Assembly: GCA_035361425.1 (NCBI GenBank)
Contig: DAOSCP010000012.1
Span: 20,633-84,632, forward strand
Source of the DNA: Ignavibacteriales bacterium
GTDB taxonomy: Bacteria; Bacteroidota; Ignavibacteria; Ignavibacteriales; DAOSCP01
DNA length: 64,000 bases
Reading direction: 5' to 3'
Shown in pieces: positions 41,248 through 51,531 of this stretch (positions within the stretch are counted from its first letter, which is position 1; the number at the start of each line of letters is the position of its first letter). Made by a program: the position numbers and the translations under genes. The notes under the pieces were generated by a model that did no database searches, had not been told where the DNA came from, and saw nothing but the letters and a program-made list of their open reading frames with translations.

Positions 41248-41329
41248 TTTTTATTCTAAATTTCTGACAAAATATATATTTTTAAAAATTGAATTTAATG
41301 AATTTTTTAAAAAAAAGAAAGGTAAAATT

Positions 41330-42415
41330 GTGAATAAAAATAAAGTTGTATTGGGAATGAGTGGTGGTGTTGATTCATCTGTAGCGGCTACATTATTAAA
41401 AGAAATGGGGTTTGAAGTTTACGGTATAACTTTAAAAACATGGGGACATTTAGAATTAGTAAATCACGATACATTCGAATTAGGTTGTTGTTCTCTTAAG
41501 GATGCTCGCTGCGTTGCTGATAATATTGGCATTTCACACGTTACAAAAGATATTAGTAGTGAATTTGAAAACCAAATCATAGGAAATTTTATCAATGAAT
41601 ATATAAATGGAAGAACCCCTAACCCATGTACAGTTTGTAATAGAGAAATAAAATGGAAATATCTATTAGATTATGCTAATTCAATTGACGCATATTTTGT
41701 TGCAACTGGGCATTATTCTATTATCGAAGAAGTAGGAAATAAATTTCTGCTTAAAAGATCTCTTGATAAATTTAAAGACCAAACATATTTTTTATGGAAA
41801 TTAACTCAAGAAGATTTATCAAGAACTATCTTCCCTCTTGCTAAATTTACTAAACCAGAAATTAGAGAAATTGCAAAAAAATATGGCATACACAATGCAT
41901 CTAAACCTGATAGCCAGGAAATATGCTTTGTAAATGATAGTAGCTACACGAATTTTATCAACCAAAAACTAATAGAAAATAACATTAAAGTAGAAGTTGG
42001 AGATTTTGTTTATAAAGATAAAGTTGTAGGAAAACATAAAGGTGTTCATAATTACACAGTTGGACAACGTCGTGGCATTGGCATTGCTCTTGGAAAGCCC
42101 ATCTTTGTAACAAAAATTGACAAAGAATTGAATATAGTCTATTTAGGTGACTATGAAGATTTGTTAACTTATGAAGTTAAAGCAAACTTTCCTAACTATC
42201 AAACAGGTGATTTATTAAAAGAAAACCAACAAGTTGTTGCAAAAATTAGATACGGTGACCCTGGTACTCCAACTGAAGTATTAATATCAAATGAAAATGA
42301 AATATTACTAAAATTTAAAGAACCTAAAAGTGCAGTAACTCCGGGACAATCTCTCGTTATTTATGATAATAATTTTGAATATCTTTTGGCAGGCGGAGTA
42401 ATTACATTAGAATAG
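41330..42415 (+). CDS. mnmA: tRNA 2-thiouridine(34) synthase MnmA.
   Basis: Start set to the in-frame GTG at 41330 (VNKNKVVLGMSGGVDSSVAA, PP-loop SGGVDS). The upstream part of tracked ORF 41147 overlaps the divergent lipoprotein gene. The catalytic Cys regions are present. Confidence 0.9.
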   Translation: MNKNKVVLGMSGGVDSSVAATLLKEMGFEVYGITLKTWGHLELVNHDTFELGCCSLKDARCVADNIGISHVTKDISSEFENQIIGNFINEYINGRTPNPCTVCNREIKWKYLLDYANSIDAYFVATGHYSIIEEVGNKFLLKRSLDKFKDQTYFLWKLTQEDLSRTIFPLAKFTKPEIREIAKKYGIHNASKPDSQEICFVNDSSYTNFINQKLIENNIKVEVGDFVYKDKVVGKHKGVHNYTVGQRRGIGIALGKPIFVTKIDKELNIVYLGDYEDLLTYEVKANFPNYQTGDLLKENQQVVAKIRYGDPGTPTEVLISNENEILLKFKEPKSAVTPGQSLVIYDNNFEYLLAGGVITLE

Positions 42416-43325
42416 TTTTATATATAGAACCATCTAATGTAAAAATATACAGATTATTTTCTATTTTGTTTATATCACTTATCCATGATTTTTGAATGTA
42501 TAACTTTTTTATTATTTTTTCTTTTTCAAAATCATAAAGTGTCACAGTATTATCCCAACTTAATATTACTAATATATTATTATTTTGAATTATTTTAACA
42601 ATTCTATTATTAGATATATTTATTGAATTTTTCACTTGATAATCAATAGTTGAAAAAATACTCAGGTTACCGTATTCATCACCAAATAATATTATTGTAT
42701 CATTTAATGCATAAGCTGAATAAAAATTATTATCAAAATAAATTATTTTTTTTAATTCCAAATTATTATCATAAATTTGCATTTCACAACCGAAAAGAGA
42801 ATTAATTATATTGTAAATTTCTTTGGTGTAATGATTATAATAAAGTTCATCCGTTGTATATTCTTGTATTTGAATATTCGTTTCTAATTTAAATAGTGTA
42901 TCGTTAATATATTGAAGTTGTATTATTTCTTTATTATTATTTGTAAATATTAAATTATTGTTTGGTAATGAAATAATTTTAAGGATTGTATTTGTATTGT
43001 TATAAATAGTTGATTTATTATCTCTTTGAAAATCGTAAGAATAAATTTTACCATCCCAACCTGCTGTAATTATATTTTTTGTTGTTGGGTTATAAATAGT
43101 TGAAAGAATTGCGCCACGGTGGAAATCACTTACTTTTTTTACTGTTTGTTTTCTCAAAATATTTATTGAACCATCTCCACCAAAAGTACAAATTGATGAG
43201 TCATCTAAAATAAGAGAAGAATAGATACCAATTTGTTGTGTTTGAAGTAATAAATTTTTGAAATTTAATGTATCTACGTCAAAAGCTAATAATATTGTAT
43301 TTAGTAAAAGTAAAAAATATATCAT
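42402..43325 (-). CDS. Exported WD40/beta-propeller-like repeat protein, function unknown.
   Basis: 307 aa with a hydrophobic N-terminus and WD-like strands (TAGWDGKIYSYDF, LSWDNTVTLYDF, FGGDGSINIL). Confidence 0.4.
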   Translation of the reverse strand: MIYFLLLLNTILLAFDVDTLNFKNLLLQTQQIGIYSSLILDDSSICTFGGDGSINILRKQTVKKVSDFHRGAILSTIYNPTTKNIITAGWDGKIYSYDFQRDNKSTIYNNTNTILKIISLPNNNLIFTNNNKEIIQLQYINDTLFKLETNIQIQEYTTDELYYNHYTKEIYNIINSLFGCEMQIYDNNLELKKIIYFDNNFYSAYALNDTIILFGDEYGNLSIFSTIDYQVKNSINISNNRIVKIIQNNNILVILSWDNTVTLYDFEKEKIIKKLYIQKSWISDINKIENNLYIFTLDGSIYKTILM

Positions 43326-43343
43326 AAATTTTATAAAATTATT

Positions 43344-43997
43344 ATGAAAACAATTTTAATTAAAATAAAAAATTCTTTTTTTCAAAATATTTTTTCAATT
43401 ATTTTTCTTCAAGTTATAGCGTTACTTATTTTTATATCATACTTTTTTATCCCCCAATTAAAATTTTTATTTGAATTTTTAGCTAATGCTAAAGCGAAAT
43501 ATGGTGTAATTCTGATAATGTTTACCACAGGTTTTTCTGGTGGTGTTGTTCCCGATTTATTAAATTATATTTTCAAAAAAAATTACTTAATCGATTATAA
43601 AAAAGTTTTTATGCAATTTTTATTTTGGTTTTATAAAGGGTTTGAAATAAACCTTTTTTACACATTGTTAGCTATCTATATAGGAAATAGTAATAACTTT
43701 TCAATAGTATTTACAAAAGTATTAATAGATGAATTTTTATATACTCCTTTTTGGGCTGTTCCAACAATGTTGTTTTGTTATGGCTGGATAGAAAAAGGCA
43801 AAATTCAACTTTCAATATTTTCTGAGATTATATTAAAAGTTAAGCAAGATTATTTTGTTGTATTACTACTAAACTGGATAATCTGGATACCATCTGTAGC
43901 TGTTGTATACTCACTTCCACTCTTACTCCAAATGCCTATCCAAAATGTAATTTTAATGATATGGGGAATTTTAATAGTTTTTTTTGCTAAAAAATAA
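43344..43997 (+). CDS. Polytopic membrane protein, possibly Mpv17/PMP22-like.
   Basis: 217 aa with 4-6 transmembrane helices. The C-terminal ..LLLNWIIWIPSVAVVYSLPLLLQMPIQNVILMIWGI.. resembles the Mpv17/PMP22 signature. The family assignment is weak. Confidence 0.35.
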   Translation: MKTILIKIKNSFFQNIFSIIFLQVIALLIFISYFFIPQLKFLFEFLANAKAKYGVILIMFTTGFSGGVVPDLLNYIFKKNYLIDYKKVFMQFLFWFYKGFEINLFYTLLAIYIGNSNNFSIVFTKVLIDEFLYTPFWAVPTMLFCYGWIEKGKIQLSIFSEIILKVKQDYFVVLLLNWIIWIPSVAVVYSLPLLLQMPIQNVILMIWGILIVFFAKK

Positions 43998-44064
43998 ATT
44001 TTTTGTAACCTATAAAAAAATATATAGTCAAAACTATTAAATAAATATTAAATTAGAGGTTACA

Positions 44065-44421
44065 ATGGAAGGCATATTAGCATTATTTATACCAATTTTA
44101 ACAATATTATCACTCTTTGCTTATGTCATTATAAGATTTTATCTTTCATCTAAAGAAAGAAAATATTTAATAGAAAGAGGATTAGATGCAGAAACAATCA
44201 AAGCTTTGTTTACAAAACCAACTAATCCCGATAACAAATATAAATATTTAAGATATGGATTATTCGCAATTGGAATTGGTGCAGGTATAGCTTTGGGTGA
44301 TATTTTAAATGATGTTTTTAATCGTCCATCCTTACAATTTTTTACAATTCTTGTTTTTATAGGTATTGTTTTTTTGGTTAGTTATCACTTGGAATCAAAA
44401 GAAAAAAGTTCCGAAAAATAG
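44065..44421 (+). CDS. Small membrane protein, function unknown.
   Basis: 118 aa with three predicted transmembrane helices. A GAGG SD lies 6 nt upstream of the ATG. Confidence 0.45.
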   Translation: MEGILALFIPILTILSLFAYVIIRFYLSSKERKYLIERGLDAETIKALFTKPTNPDNKYKYLRYGLFAIGIGAGIALGDILNDVFNRPSLQFFTILVFIGIVFLVSYHLESKEKSSEK

Positions 44422-44734
44422 TTCAACAAACTTTTTTAATAAACTTTTTGCTTGAAATTAAGGATATAATCATTAGTTTTTGATAATTTGAAAGTTATAT
44501 ATATAAGATAGTAATTTCAAAGAAACATTATTCCTTATTTAGATATAAATAAATACTTTTATGATTTATTAGATTTGAAAATTTAACTTTACTTATATTG
44601 TTTCTTTAAAATCCACACAATACTATTCATTTTTAAATATTATTGTATAATTTATTTGAATTTACAGCAATTACTTTTTTAGTAAAGAGCTTATTAATTT
44701 TGAGAATAATAAAGCTTTAAATTTTCTAAGGAAT

Positions 44735-44790
44735 AAAAGAAAAACGGCCATCTAATGTGTTTTGAGTATAACATATTTAGACGACCGTTT
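44735..44790 (-). terminator. Imperfect hairpin terminator downstream of the YfhO-like gene.
   Basis: AAACGG..TCTAA pairs with TTAGA..CCGTTT (two internal mismatches). On the minus strand it is followed by TTTTTCTTTT. Confidence 0.35.
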
Positions 44791-44833
44791 AACTTTTCCT
44801 ATTTGCATCTATAAATTTATAGACTTTTCATAA

Positions 44834-47386
44834 TCAACTTATCGATTTTTCTTGCTCTATTTGCTTTTGTTGAAGATATTTCACAAAATATAATATAATT
44901 ATTCCTAAAATAATTAAACTTAATATTAAAGCTACATATTTTGCTATATAAAACGATGTTGGTTCAAAACTCATTATTAATTTATGCCTGCCCTTAGGAA
45001 TCAAAAATCCTCGATATGCGTGATTTGTTCTTATCGGTTCAATTTCTCTACCATCTAAGGAATATTTCCAACCAGTTGGATAATATGTATCACTTATTAC
45101 GAGGAAATTATCATCATCTGCATATAATTCATATTCTCTTTTATCAGGAGTATAAGCTAATGTTTTTGTATAACTTTTATTATTTGTTACTTTCACTTTT
45201 GATAAATCAAAATCTTTTGTATGTATAAATGCAGTTGTTTTTGGATTAAAAGCATTATCCTTTACTAAATATAAATATTCCAATTCATCTGCAACTTTTA
45301 CAGTGTCAACAAAATAAGCTCTCGGAATAAAATCTTTATTTACCAGTATTACATTGCCATCGACAACTGAAGCTATTTCTAAATTAATATTATCAAACCT
45401 ATAAGCCTTATCGGAAATAATATATTTTACATTGGCTAACTTCCAGAAAGTTTCGTTAATTGGACTTATAACATCCATATAATCTTGTATTAACCTTGGT
45501 TTAATTGCTGAGTAACCGTAAATATCTTCAATTCTGTATTTTTCGTGGAAATTTGCGTTATTGTTTAATGAACCTAAGGAACCATCTTGCTTAATATTAA
45601 TAATTCTGTATGGCTCTTGTTTTGGTTGGCCACGTAAGTATTTAATATATGCTGGCTCTGTAAACTGATATTGAAATTCTTCGTAATCTGTATAATGTTC
45701 TGCCCTTTTTGCTATTCGATGTAAATCTATAAAGGTAAATAACAATAATAGAGATACAAAAACGAAATAGTTAATCTTTTTGCTAATCAATAAGAATAAA
45801 CTTACTATTAGTAAAGTTATAAGTACTAAAGAAATTATTAAATCAGCTACAAACATATCTGCCATATAAGTGTAAAGAGGTTTTAATTGTGCTGCTTTTT
45901 CAATTCCACTTATCCAACTAATATATAAATCTTTTAAGCTACCTGAAAGTATTAATACTAAAACTACTAAAGCAGCAAATACATATAAAACTTTTTGAAG
46001 AATATCTAATTTGAAAATAGGTTTATTTTCTTTGATACAATCTATAATTTTGCTTAATGCTAATCCCGCAAGTATTGGGAAAACTGTTTGTAATAGATAG
46101 AGTATTAATGATGGAACTCTAAACTTATTAAATCCTGGTGCAAAATAATAGAATAAATTATAAATGATTGGTAAATTTCGACCAAATGATATGAATAAAG
46201 TTAAAACAGATACTATTAATAAAAATCTTGTAAATTTATTTTTCCAGTCAATCACAAATGCCAAAATTGCCAATACCGTAACAATTATTCCCATATATTG
46301 AGGAACATCAACAAAAGGCATTTGTCCAAAATATGTATTAACATTGTATGGTTGATAGTTTGTTAATTCGCCTTCGTATGTGCTATTACCAAACCCATAA
46401 AAAGAAGGTATAAAAAATGTTGTTAATTCTTCAACAGAAAATGACCAGTTGGTCATATATCTATATTGATCATCTTCGGCGTGTTTTATTTCTTCTTTCA
46501 GTTGTGGATCTTTAATTTTATCAATCTTTTGCTCTAAAATACTTTTTGTTCCACGTGTTGAATATTTTGAATATTCGTAGAGATTCAAATAAGTATAGAT
46601 ATTAATCCCTAAACCTACGATTGTAGCAGCAGTTAATACAAGTCCAGATTTTATAAGAGATTTTAATTTATCCTGTTCTTTGTTAATTAAATATGATACG
46701 ATATAATACAAATAATATAAGACTAAAAACATGTAAATGTAATAAATCATCTGCACATGCCATGGATTAAAAAGCATAGTTAATGCAAAACTTAAAACAG
46801 CAAAATGTATAAGTTTGATTTTTTCCTGCATTTTGAATATTAAATAAAGAACTAAAGGAAACCACGCAATAACAGCCGTTTTAGAAACATGCCCAATCAT
46901 AATATATAGAATAAGTCCAGTACTAAATATTGTTGAAACTGATGAAAATAAAGCTACAGTTCTTTTCTTTGTTATAAATTTCATCAAAAGATATGTATTA
47001 AAACCAAGTAAAATTACAAAAAATAACCAGTTTGCATATGGAACTGAAAAAAATGCTCCCCAAATAGTTCTTGCATAACTTGTTATCATAGATATTAAAT
47101 TATACCAAAAAACAACATTACTACCTGGCATACCGGACCAGATGTATGGGTTCCACAATCGGTATTCAGGTGGTAAATCTGATTTAGGACCACTTGTCGC
47201 TTGTATGTCGCCAGATACAAATGTTTTACCATCAAATAATAATGGATAAAAATGAAAAAGAATTAAAATTAATATAACTCCTAACGCAAAATAATTATCA
47301 TATTTTTTGATATTGTCAATAAATGTTTCTAAACCAGATTTCTGTTGCCCCAACGATTTGGACTTTTGTGTATTAGATTTTGCCAT
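44834..47386 (-). CDS. YfhO-family polytopic membrane protein (GT-C-type glycosyltransferase fold).
   Basis: 850 aa with at least 12 transmembrane helices. It has an N-terminal ..FVSGDIQ....LWNPYIWSGMPG.. signature and a C-terminal soluble domain plus a final transmembrane helix, as in YfhO proteins. Confidence 0.6.
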   Translation of the reverse strand: MAKSNTQKSKSLGQQKSGLETFIDNIKKYDNYFALGVILILILFHFYPLLFDGKTFVSGDIQATSGPKSDLPPEYRLWNPYIWSGMPGSNVVFWYNLISMITSYARTIWGAFFSVPYANWLFFVILLGFNTYLLMKFITKKRTVALFSSVSTIFSTGLILYIMIGHVSKTAVIAWFPLVLYLIFKMQEKIKLIHFAVLSFALTMLFNPWHVQMIYYIYMFLVLYYLYYIVSYLINKEQDKLKSLIKSGLVLTAATIVGLGINIYTYLNLYEYSKYSTRGTKSILEQKIDKIKDPQLKEEIKHAEDDQYRYMTNWSFSVEELTTFFIPSFYGFGNSTYEGELTNYQPYNVNTYFGQMPFVDVPQYMGIIVTVLAILAFVIDWKNKFTRFLLIVSVLTLFISFGRNLPIIYNLFYYFAPGFNKFRVPSLILYLLQTVFPILAGLALSKIIDCIKENKPIFKLDILQKVLYVFAALVVLVLILSGSLKDLYISWISGIEKAAQLKPLYTYMADMFVADLIISLVLITLLIVSLFLLISKKINYFVFVSLLLLFTFIDLHRIAKRAEHYTDYEEFQYQFTEPAYIKYLRGQPKQEPYRIINIKQDGSLGSLNNNANFHEKYRIEDIYGYSAIKPRLIQDYMDVISPINETFWKLANVKYIISDKAYRFDNINLEIASVVDGNVILVNKDFIPRAYFVDTVKVADELEYLYLVKDNAFNPKTTAFIHTKDFDLSKVKVTNNKSYTKTLAYTPDKREYELYADDDNFLVISDTYYPTGWKYSLDGREIEPIRTNHAYRGFLIPKGRHKLIMSFEPTSFYIAKYVALILSLIILGIIILYFVKYLQQKQIEQEKSIS

Positions 47387-47395
47387 CTTATAAAC

Positions 47396-48202
47396 CTATA
47401 TTTTTTTTAATGTTACTATTATTCCTGTACCTAATTTGTTATTTACTTGTGTATCGATAAACATTAATAGTAAAATTGGAAGAATAAAAACTGCATAATA
47501 AAAAGGTAAAAATAACAACATTATTTTTGAAAAATTTACCATTAAAATAGGATATTTTATTGCTAATTTCCACGATAACGAACCAAATGCACCATAGGAA
47601 AATTTAAATTTATGAATTTTTAATCCTGCATTGGCTGCTTTATTTTCAATATCTTCGTAGGAATAACCATTTCTCGCATGTTCTTCTATAAAACTATCAT
47701 CGTGTTCATCATGTGCATCACTACCGCCATAGATTGATGGAGTACTAATCACTACAAAGCCATCTTTTTTAAGCATCTTTGCAAAATTATTAAAAACTTT
47801 TTGATCATCTACAATATGTTCAATAACATCAACACATAAAACTAAATCATAAATACTTTCATCGTTAATTTGTGTAATATCTTCAACTTTTAATTTTATA
47901 TTGTTATATTTTTGGAAAAAAGGCTTTAAGTTATTTAGCCAATCTTCCTTAATATCAACAGACACAATATTGCAAGGTGTTAATTTTTTTAACAAATAAT
48001 AACTGTATTGCCCATAACCACAACCAGCATCATATATATTTATATTTTGATTTTTAAATACTCTACGAATTTCTTTTAACTCCCTATGTATATACCAGGC
48101 TCTTAAAAAAAGTGTATCCAATATTTTATAAAATGACTTTCTAAAAATTGGCGATTTATTGATAAATTTTTCAAAAATATTTTTTACGGGATCATATTTC
48201 AT
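47396..48202 (-). CDS. Class I SAM-dependent methyltransferase with a C-terminal double transmembrane anchor.
   Basis: 268 aa. Motif I IYDAGCGYGQYS, then DLVLCVDVIEHI. The C-terminus (PILMVNFSKIMLLFLPFYYAVFILPILLLMFI) is hydrophobic. Confidence 0.7.
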   Translation of the reverse strand: MKYDPVKNIFEKFINKSPIFRKSFYKILDTLFLRAWYIHRELKEIRRVFKNQNINIYDAGCGYGQYSYYLLKKLTPCNIVSVDIKEDWLNNLKPFFQKYNNIKLKVEDITQINDESIYDLVLCVDVIEHIVDDQKVFNNFAKMLKKDGFVVISTPSIYGGSDAHDEHDDSFIEEHARNGYSYEDIENKAANAGLKIHKFKFSYGAFGSLSWKLAIKYPILMVNFSKIMLLFLPFYYAVFILPILLLMFIDTQVNNKLGTGIIVTLKKI

Positions 48203-49476
48203 ATGATATCCTTCATTATAGTTTTAGCGTAATTTTCCCAGCTCATTTTTTCAGCAGTTGCTTTAACATTATTTCGATCTATAGGATTAGTAATTGCTTT
48301 TTCCATAGCATCAGCCATTGATATAATATCATTTGGTTCTGCAAGATATCCATTATAGCCTTCCTGAATTGTTTCCGGAAAATGCCCAACTTTTGTAGCA
48401 ACAATTGGCATATGGAAATTGTAAGAAATAGATTCTACTCCAGAAGGCGTTGCGGTTAGATAAAACAAAACATTTACATTGGATATCTGGAAATATTTAT
48501 GAACATCTTCATTTGGAATGTATTGATTGAATATTTTTACATAATCGTGCAAATTCAATTCATCTACCAACGCAAGGGGGTTGTAATTAGATTCATCATC
48601 ACTTTTTCTTAGAAGAATTTTTTTCAATACATTAAAAATAATTTTTTTTATTTTTGTTGAAAGTTTTCTTTTATCCAAAGTATGCCAGAAACTTTCACCT
48701 ACGATAAGTAAAGAAACATCCTTTCTTCTTTTTAGCAACTCGTTAAATGCTAAAATTACATTATGCAAGCCTTTGTATTTACGAATGAATCCAAAAAATA
48801 AAAATACATATTTATTTAAACCAATTTCTTGTTTCAATTTTTCAACATCGAGATTAGGGTCAGGTGTAAACATATCATAAATTGGATGATATAATTTTAA
48901 CACATTTTTGGTATCTGGTTCATTTGATCTTATACCATCGTAAGAAAGATAATAATTTTTATTTGGGAATAATTCTTTTAATTCATCATAAGTTTTTAAA
49001 GCATGGACAATAAATGTATCAGGAATTTTAAGAGCTTCTTTAAGCATAGCTTTATCAATAATACTACTTTCCTTTTGCTTGACAACATGCAAATCGAAAA
49101 TAATTTCTGCTTTGGTTGTTTTTTTCAATTTTTTAGCTATGTATCCCATAGGCAATCCCTGGATAGCAATAGCCCATTGAAAAATTACTTTTTGAGGATC
49201 GATATTCTTAATAATTTCAACTGTTTTATTCCAGCTGTTTGGCTTATTGTAATCAGTAACATAAATTACATTAATATCCGTTCCTTCAAGTAAATCAGTT
49301 TTACTACTTTTATCGACAAAATCACGAGGAATAATAGAAGGGTATTGATTTGTCCATGATACGATATAAACTTTTGTATTTTCTAGTTTATCAAGTGCTT
49401 TGGCTAGTGAAATTGTATAATTAGCAATACCACCTTTAAACATTGGTCCAGGACCAAAAACAACTACTTTATTCAT
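48199..49476 (-). CDS. Glycosyltransferase, GT-B fold (GT4-like).
   Basis: 425 aa. N-terminal VVVFGPGPMFKGGIANYT and a C-terminal ..PSGVESISYNFHMPIVATKVGHFPE.. (E-x7-E-like region). Confidence 0.7.
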   Translation of the reverse strand: MNKVVVFGPGPMFKGGIANYTISLAKALDKLENTKVYIVSWTNQYPSIIPRDFVDKSSKTDLLEGTDINVIYVTDYNKPNSWNKTVEIIKNIDPQKVIFQWAIAIQGLPMGYIAKKLKKTTKAEIIFDLHVVKQKESSIIDKAMLKEALKIPDTFIVHALKTYDELKELFPNKNYYLSYDGIRSNEPDTKNVLKLYHPIYDMFTPDPNLDVEKLKQEIGLNKYVFLFFGFIRKYKGLHNVILAFNELLKRRKDVSLLIVGESFWHTLDKRKLSTKIKKIIFNVLKKILLRKSDDESNYNPLALVDELNLHDYVKIFNQYIPNEDVHKYFQISNVNVLFYLTATPSGVESISYNFHMPIVATKVGHFPETIQEGYNGYLAEPNDIISMADAMEKAITNPIDRNNVKATAEKMSWENYAKTIMKDII

Positions 49477-49564
49477 TGTATTACCTATATAAATAAAATC
49501 AATTTGTTAATATACAAAAAAAAATATAATTCTTTAAATAAAAATATTTAATACCTACAAAATT

Positions 49565-49598
49565 GAAAAAACGGTTGCCGCGTATTGCAACAACCGTT
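49565..49598 (-). terminator. Rho-independent terminator of the chemoreceptor gene.
   Basis: The stem AACGGTTG / CAACCGTT encloses a GC-containing loop. On the minus strand it is followed by TTTTT (complement of the A-run at 49566-49570). Confidence 0.65.
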
Positions 49599-49665
49599 AT
49601 ATATTTTTAATTCATTTTACACTTTTTGCTTTACAACATCTAATATTTTACGCCTCAACATTTAA

Positions 49666-51531
49666 TTAAATTTTATATTTATTTATCATCTCTTGTAAAT
49701 TAACTGTTAAATTACTTAAATCTATTGCTGCCTGTGAAATCTGGTTGATTCCTTGTGATGTCTCCTGTATTACTGTTGTTATTCCTTCTATACTTCTACT
49801 TATCTGTTCACTTGTTGAACTTTGTTCTTCTGCTGCTGCAGCAAGTTGTGAAAGTAAATCGTTCAACTCTCTTGTATTGCTCAATGTTTTATCAAATGCT
49901 CTACCGGTTGCTTCTATCTTTTCTTTTCCTTTTTGGGCTTCTTCTGTTCCACGCTTCATTGATTCTACTGCAACCTGTGTATTCTGCTGAATTCCTTTTA
50001 TCTTCTCCGCTATCTCTTTTGTAGCTTTTCCGGTTCTTTCTGCCAATTTCCTTACTTCATCTGCTACAACCGCAAAACCTCGTCCCTGCTCGCCTGCACG
50101 AGCTGCCTCTATTGCTGCATTTAATGCTAGTAAGTTGGTTTGATCGGCTATTTCATCTATTACCTGTATTATCTGGCCTATCTCTTCGCTACTCTTGCCT
50201 AATTCCATTATCACATTAGCACTTTCTTCAACTACTTTTACTATTCTATTCATTCCTTCTATTGATTCTTGCATCGCTTTATAGCTTTCCAGTGCAATTT
50301 GTTCTGTCTCTTTGGTCTTTTCTGCTGCCTTGGTAGTATTTTTACCAGTTTCAAATATAGTTTTTGTCATCTGCTCAACTGCACTTGCAATTTCCATACT
50401 TTGCTGGCTACTTTCTTGTGCACCTGCTGCCATCTGTTCTGTTGAACTACTTATCTGGTTGGCACTACTTGCAACTACATTTACACTCTCTGCCATCCTT
50501 CTTATCGGCTCTCTTACTATATCTATCATCTTATTCAATCCTTCAGCGTTTTTCTTAAATTCACCTTCTAAATCTGTATGGTCTATTCTATAGTTCAAAT
50601 CATAATTTTCTACTCTTTTACTCATTTCGTTCAAGATTATTAACATATTGGCTAAATTCTTTCTCAACTTATCCATTGCCTGGTTAGCTACAATTTGTTT
50701 ACCTGGTAATTTTTCAAGTTGAACACTAAAATCACCATCTGAATATTTATGCAATATATTCAATATTTTATGTATATTTTGAATATGTAAATTTGCCGCT
50801 TCATTTATACTATTTGCAACTTCGCGGTATGCGCCTTTATATTTATTTACATCTATAAAGTAATCAATATCACCAGCTTTTTGTTCTTGATAGAATTTAT
50901 TTGCATCGTTTATCAATGTTTTTATTACATTAGAAAGCTCATTAAACGATTTTGCAAGCAAGCCTATTTCATCATTTGTATCAACATCTAATTTTACATT
51001 TATATCTCCATTGGCAACTTTTTGACTTATTTCTGAAAGTTGATTTATTGGTTTAGTAATCATTTTAATTAGTATTGGAGCAATAATAAGCGCGATAATT
51101 ATAATTACAGAAGCTAAAAATATATTTGATCTAGTGAAATCACTAACCATATCATAATTTTGTTGAGCAAGTTTTTCACTATCGGAATTTAGTAACTCAG
51201 TAAATTTTTCTAATTTATCTGCATAAATTAATAAAATCTCTTTAAATTCATTACCTAAATATAATTTTGCTTGGTCAATATTTCCCTCTTTTAAATAATT
51301 TTCATAGATTTTTCTTCGATTTACTACTTCTTTACGTATTTCAGAAATTTCATTAAATAATTTTTTTTGTTCTTCTGTACTTAACATTTTTTCGAGCTCA
51401 TTATATGCCGCTCTGATACCAGCACTATTTTTTTCTCTTCTATCGTTTAGTTCTTGTAAATTTTCTGGAAATAGTAATTGATCTCTTATTAATTTTTCAT
51501 ACTCTGTTCTAAGGTTGGCAATTTTGTTCAT
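49666..51531 (-). CDS. Methyl-accepting chemotaxis protein, main part (sensor-domain remainder, TM2, HAMP repeats, signalling domain). The N-terminal transmembrane segment is encoded in a different frame (see next feature).
   Basis: 621 aa. TM2 is [19 protein letters not shown], followed by HAMP ([19 protein letters not shown]). The signalling hairpin is [41 protein letters not shown]. Confidence 0.85.
   Translation of the reverse strand: MNKIANLRTEYEKLIRDQLLFPENLQELNDRREKNSAGIRAAYNELEKMLSTEEQKKLFNEISEIRKEVVNRRKIYENYLKEGNIDQAKLYLGNEFKEILLIYADKLEKFTELLNSDSEKLAQQNYDMVSDFTRSNIFLASVIIIIALIIAPILIKMITKPINQLSEISQKVANGDINVKLDVDTNDEIGLLAKSFNELSNVIKTLINDANKFYQEQKAGDIDYFIDVNKYKGAYREVANSINEAANLHIQNIHKILNILHKYSDGDFSVQLEKLPGKQIVANQAMDKLRKNLANMLIILNEMSKRVENYDLNYRIDHTDLEGEFKKNAEGLNKMIDIVREPIRRMAESVNVVASSANQISSSTEQMAAGAQESSQQSMEIASAVEQMTKTIFETGKNTTKAAEKTKETEQIALESYKAMQESIEGMNRIVKVVEESANVIMELGKSSEEIGQIIQVIDEIADQTNLLALNAAIEAARAGEQGRGFAVVADEVRKLAERTGKATKEIAEKIKGIQQNTQVAVESMKRGTEEAQKGKEKIEATGRAFDKTLSNTRELNDLLSQLAAAAEEQSSTSEQISRSIEGITTVIQETSQGINQISQAAIDLSNLTVNLQEMINKYKI

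Noticed and set aside
41147-41329. 61-codon N-terminal extension of mnmA as given in the ORF track.
   Set aside because: It overlaps the divergent lipoprotein gene start (41247) and has no MnmA-like sequence. The GTG at 41330 sits directly before the PP-loop (VVLGMSGGVDS).
49745-50593. Four overlapping plus-strand ORFs (49745, 49755, 50312, 50364) within the chemoreceptor gene.
   Set aside because: The MCP signalling domain is Ala/Glu/Gln-rich and stop-poor in several frames, and the canonical MCP hairpin motif is on the minus strand. Other track ORFs were rejected for the same antisense or alternative-frame reason: 1108, 2251, 4348, 4663, 8453, 9113, 10810, 12457, 12576, 12785, 16495, 17993, 21092, 21325, 22420, 23723, 26834, 27656, 34993, 35239, 37186, 37469, 38864, 39294, 45016, 49003, 54034, 55192, 57647, 57729, 59740, 60914 and 63458.
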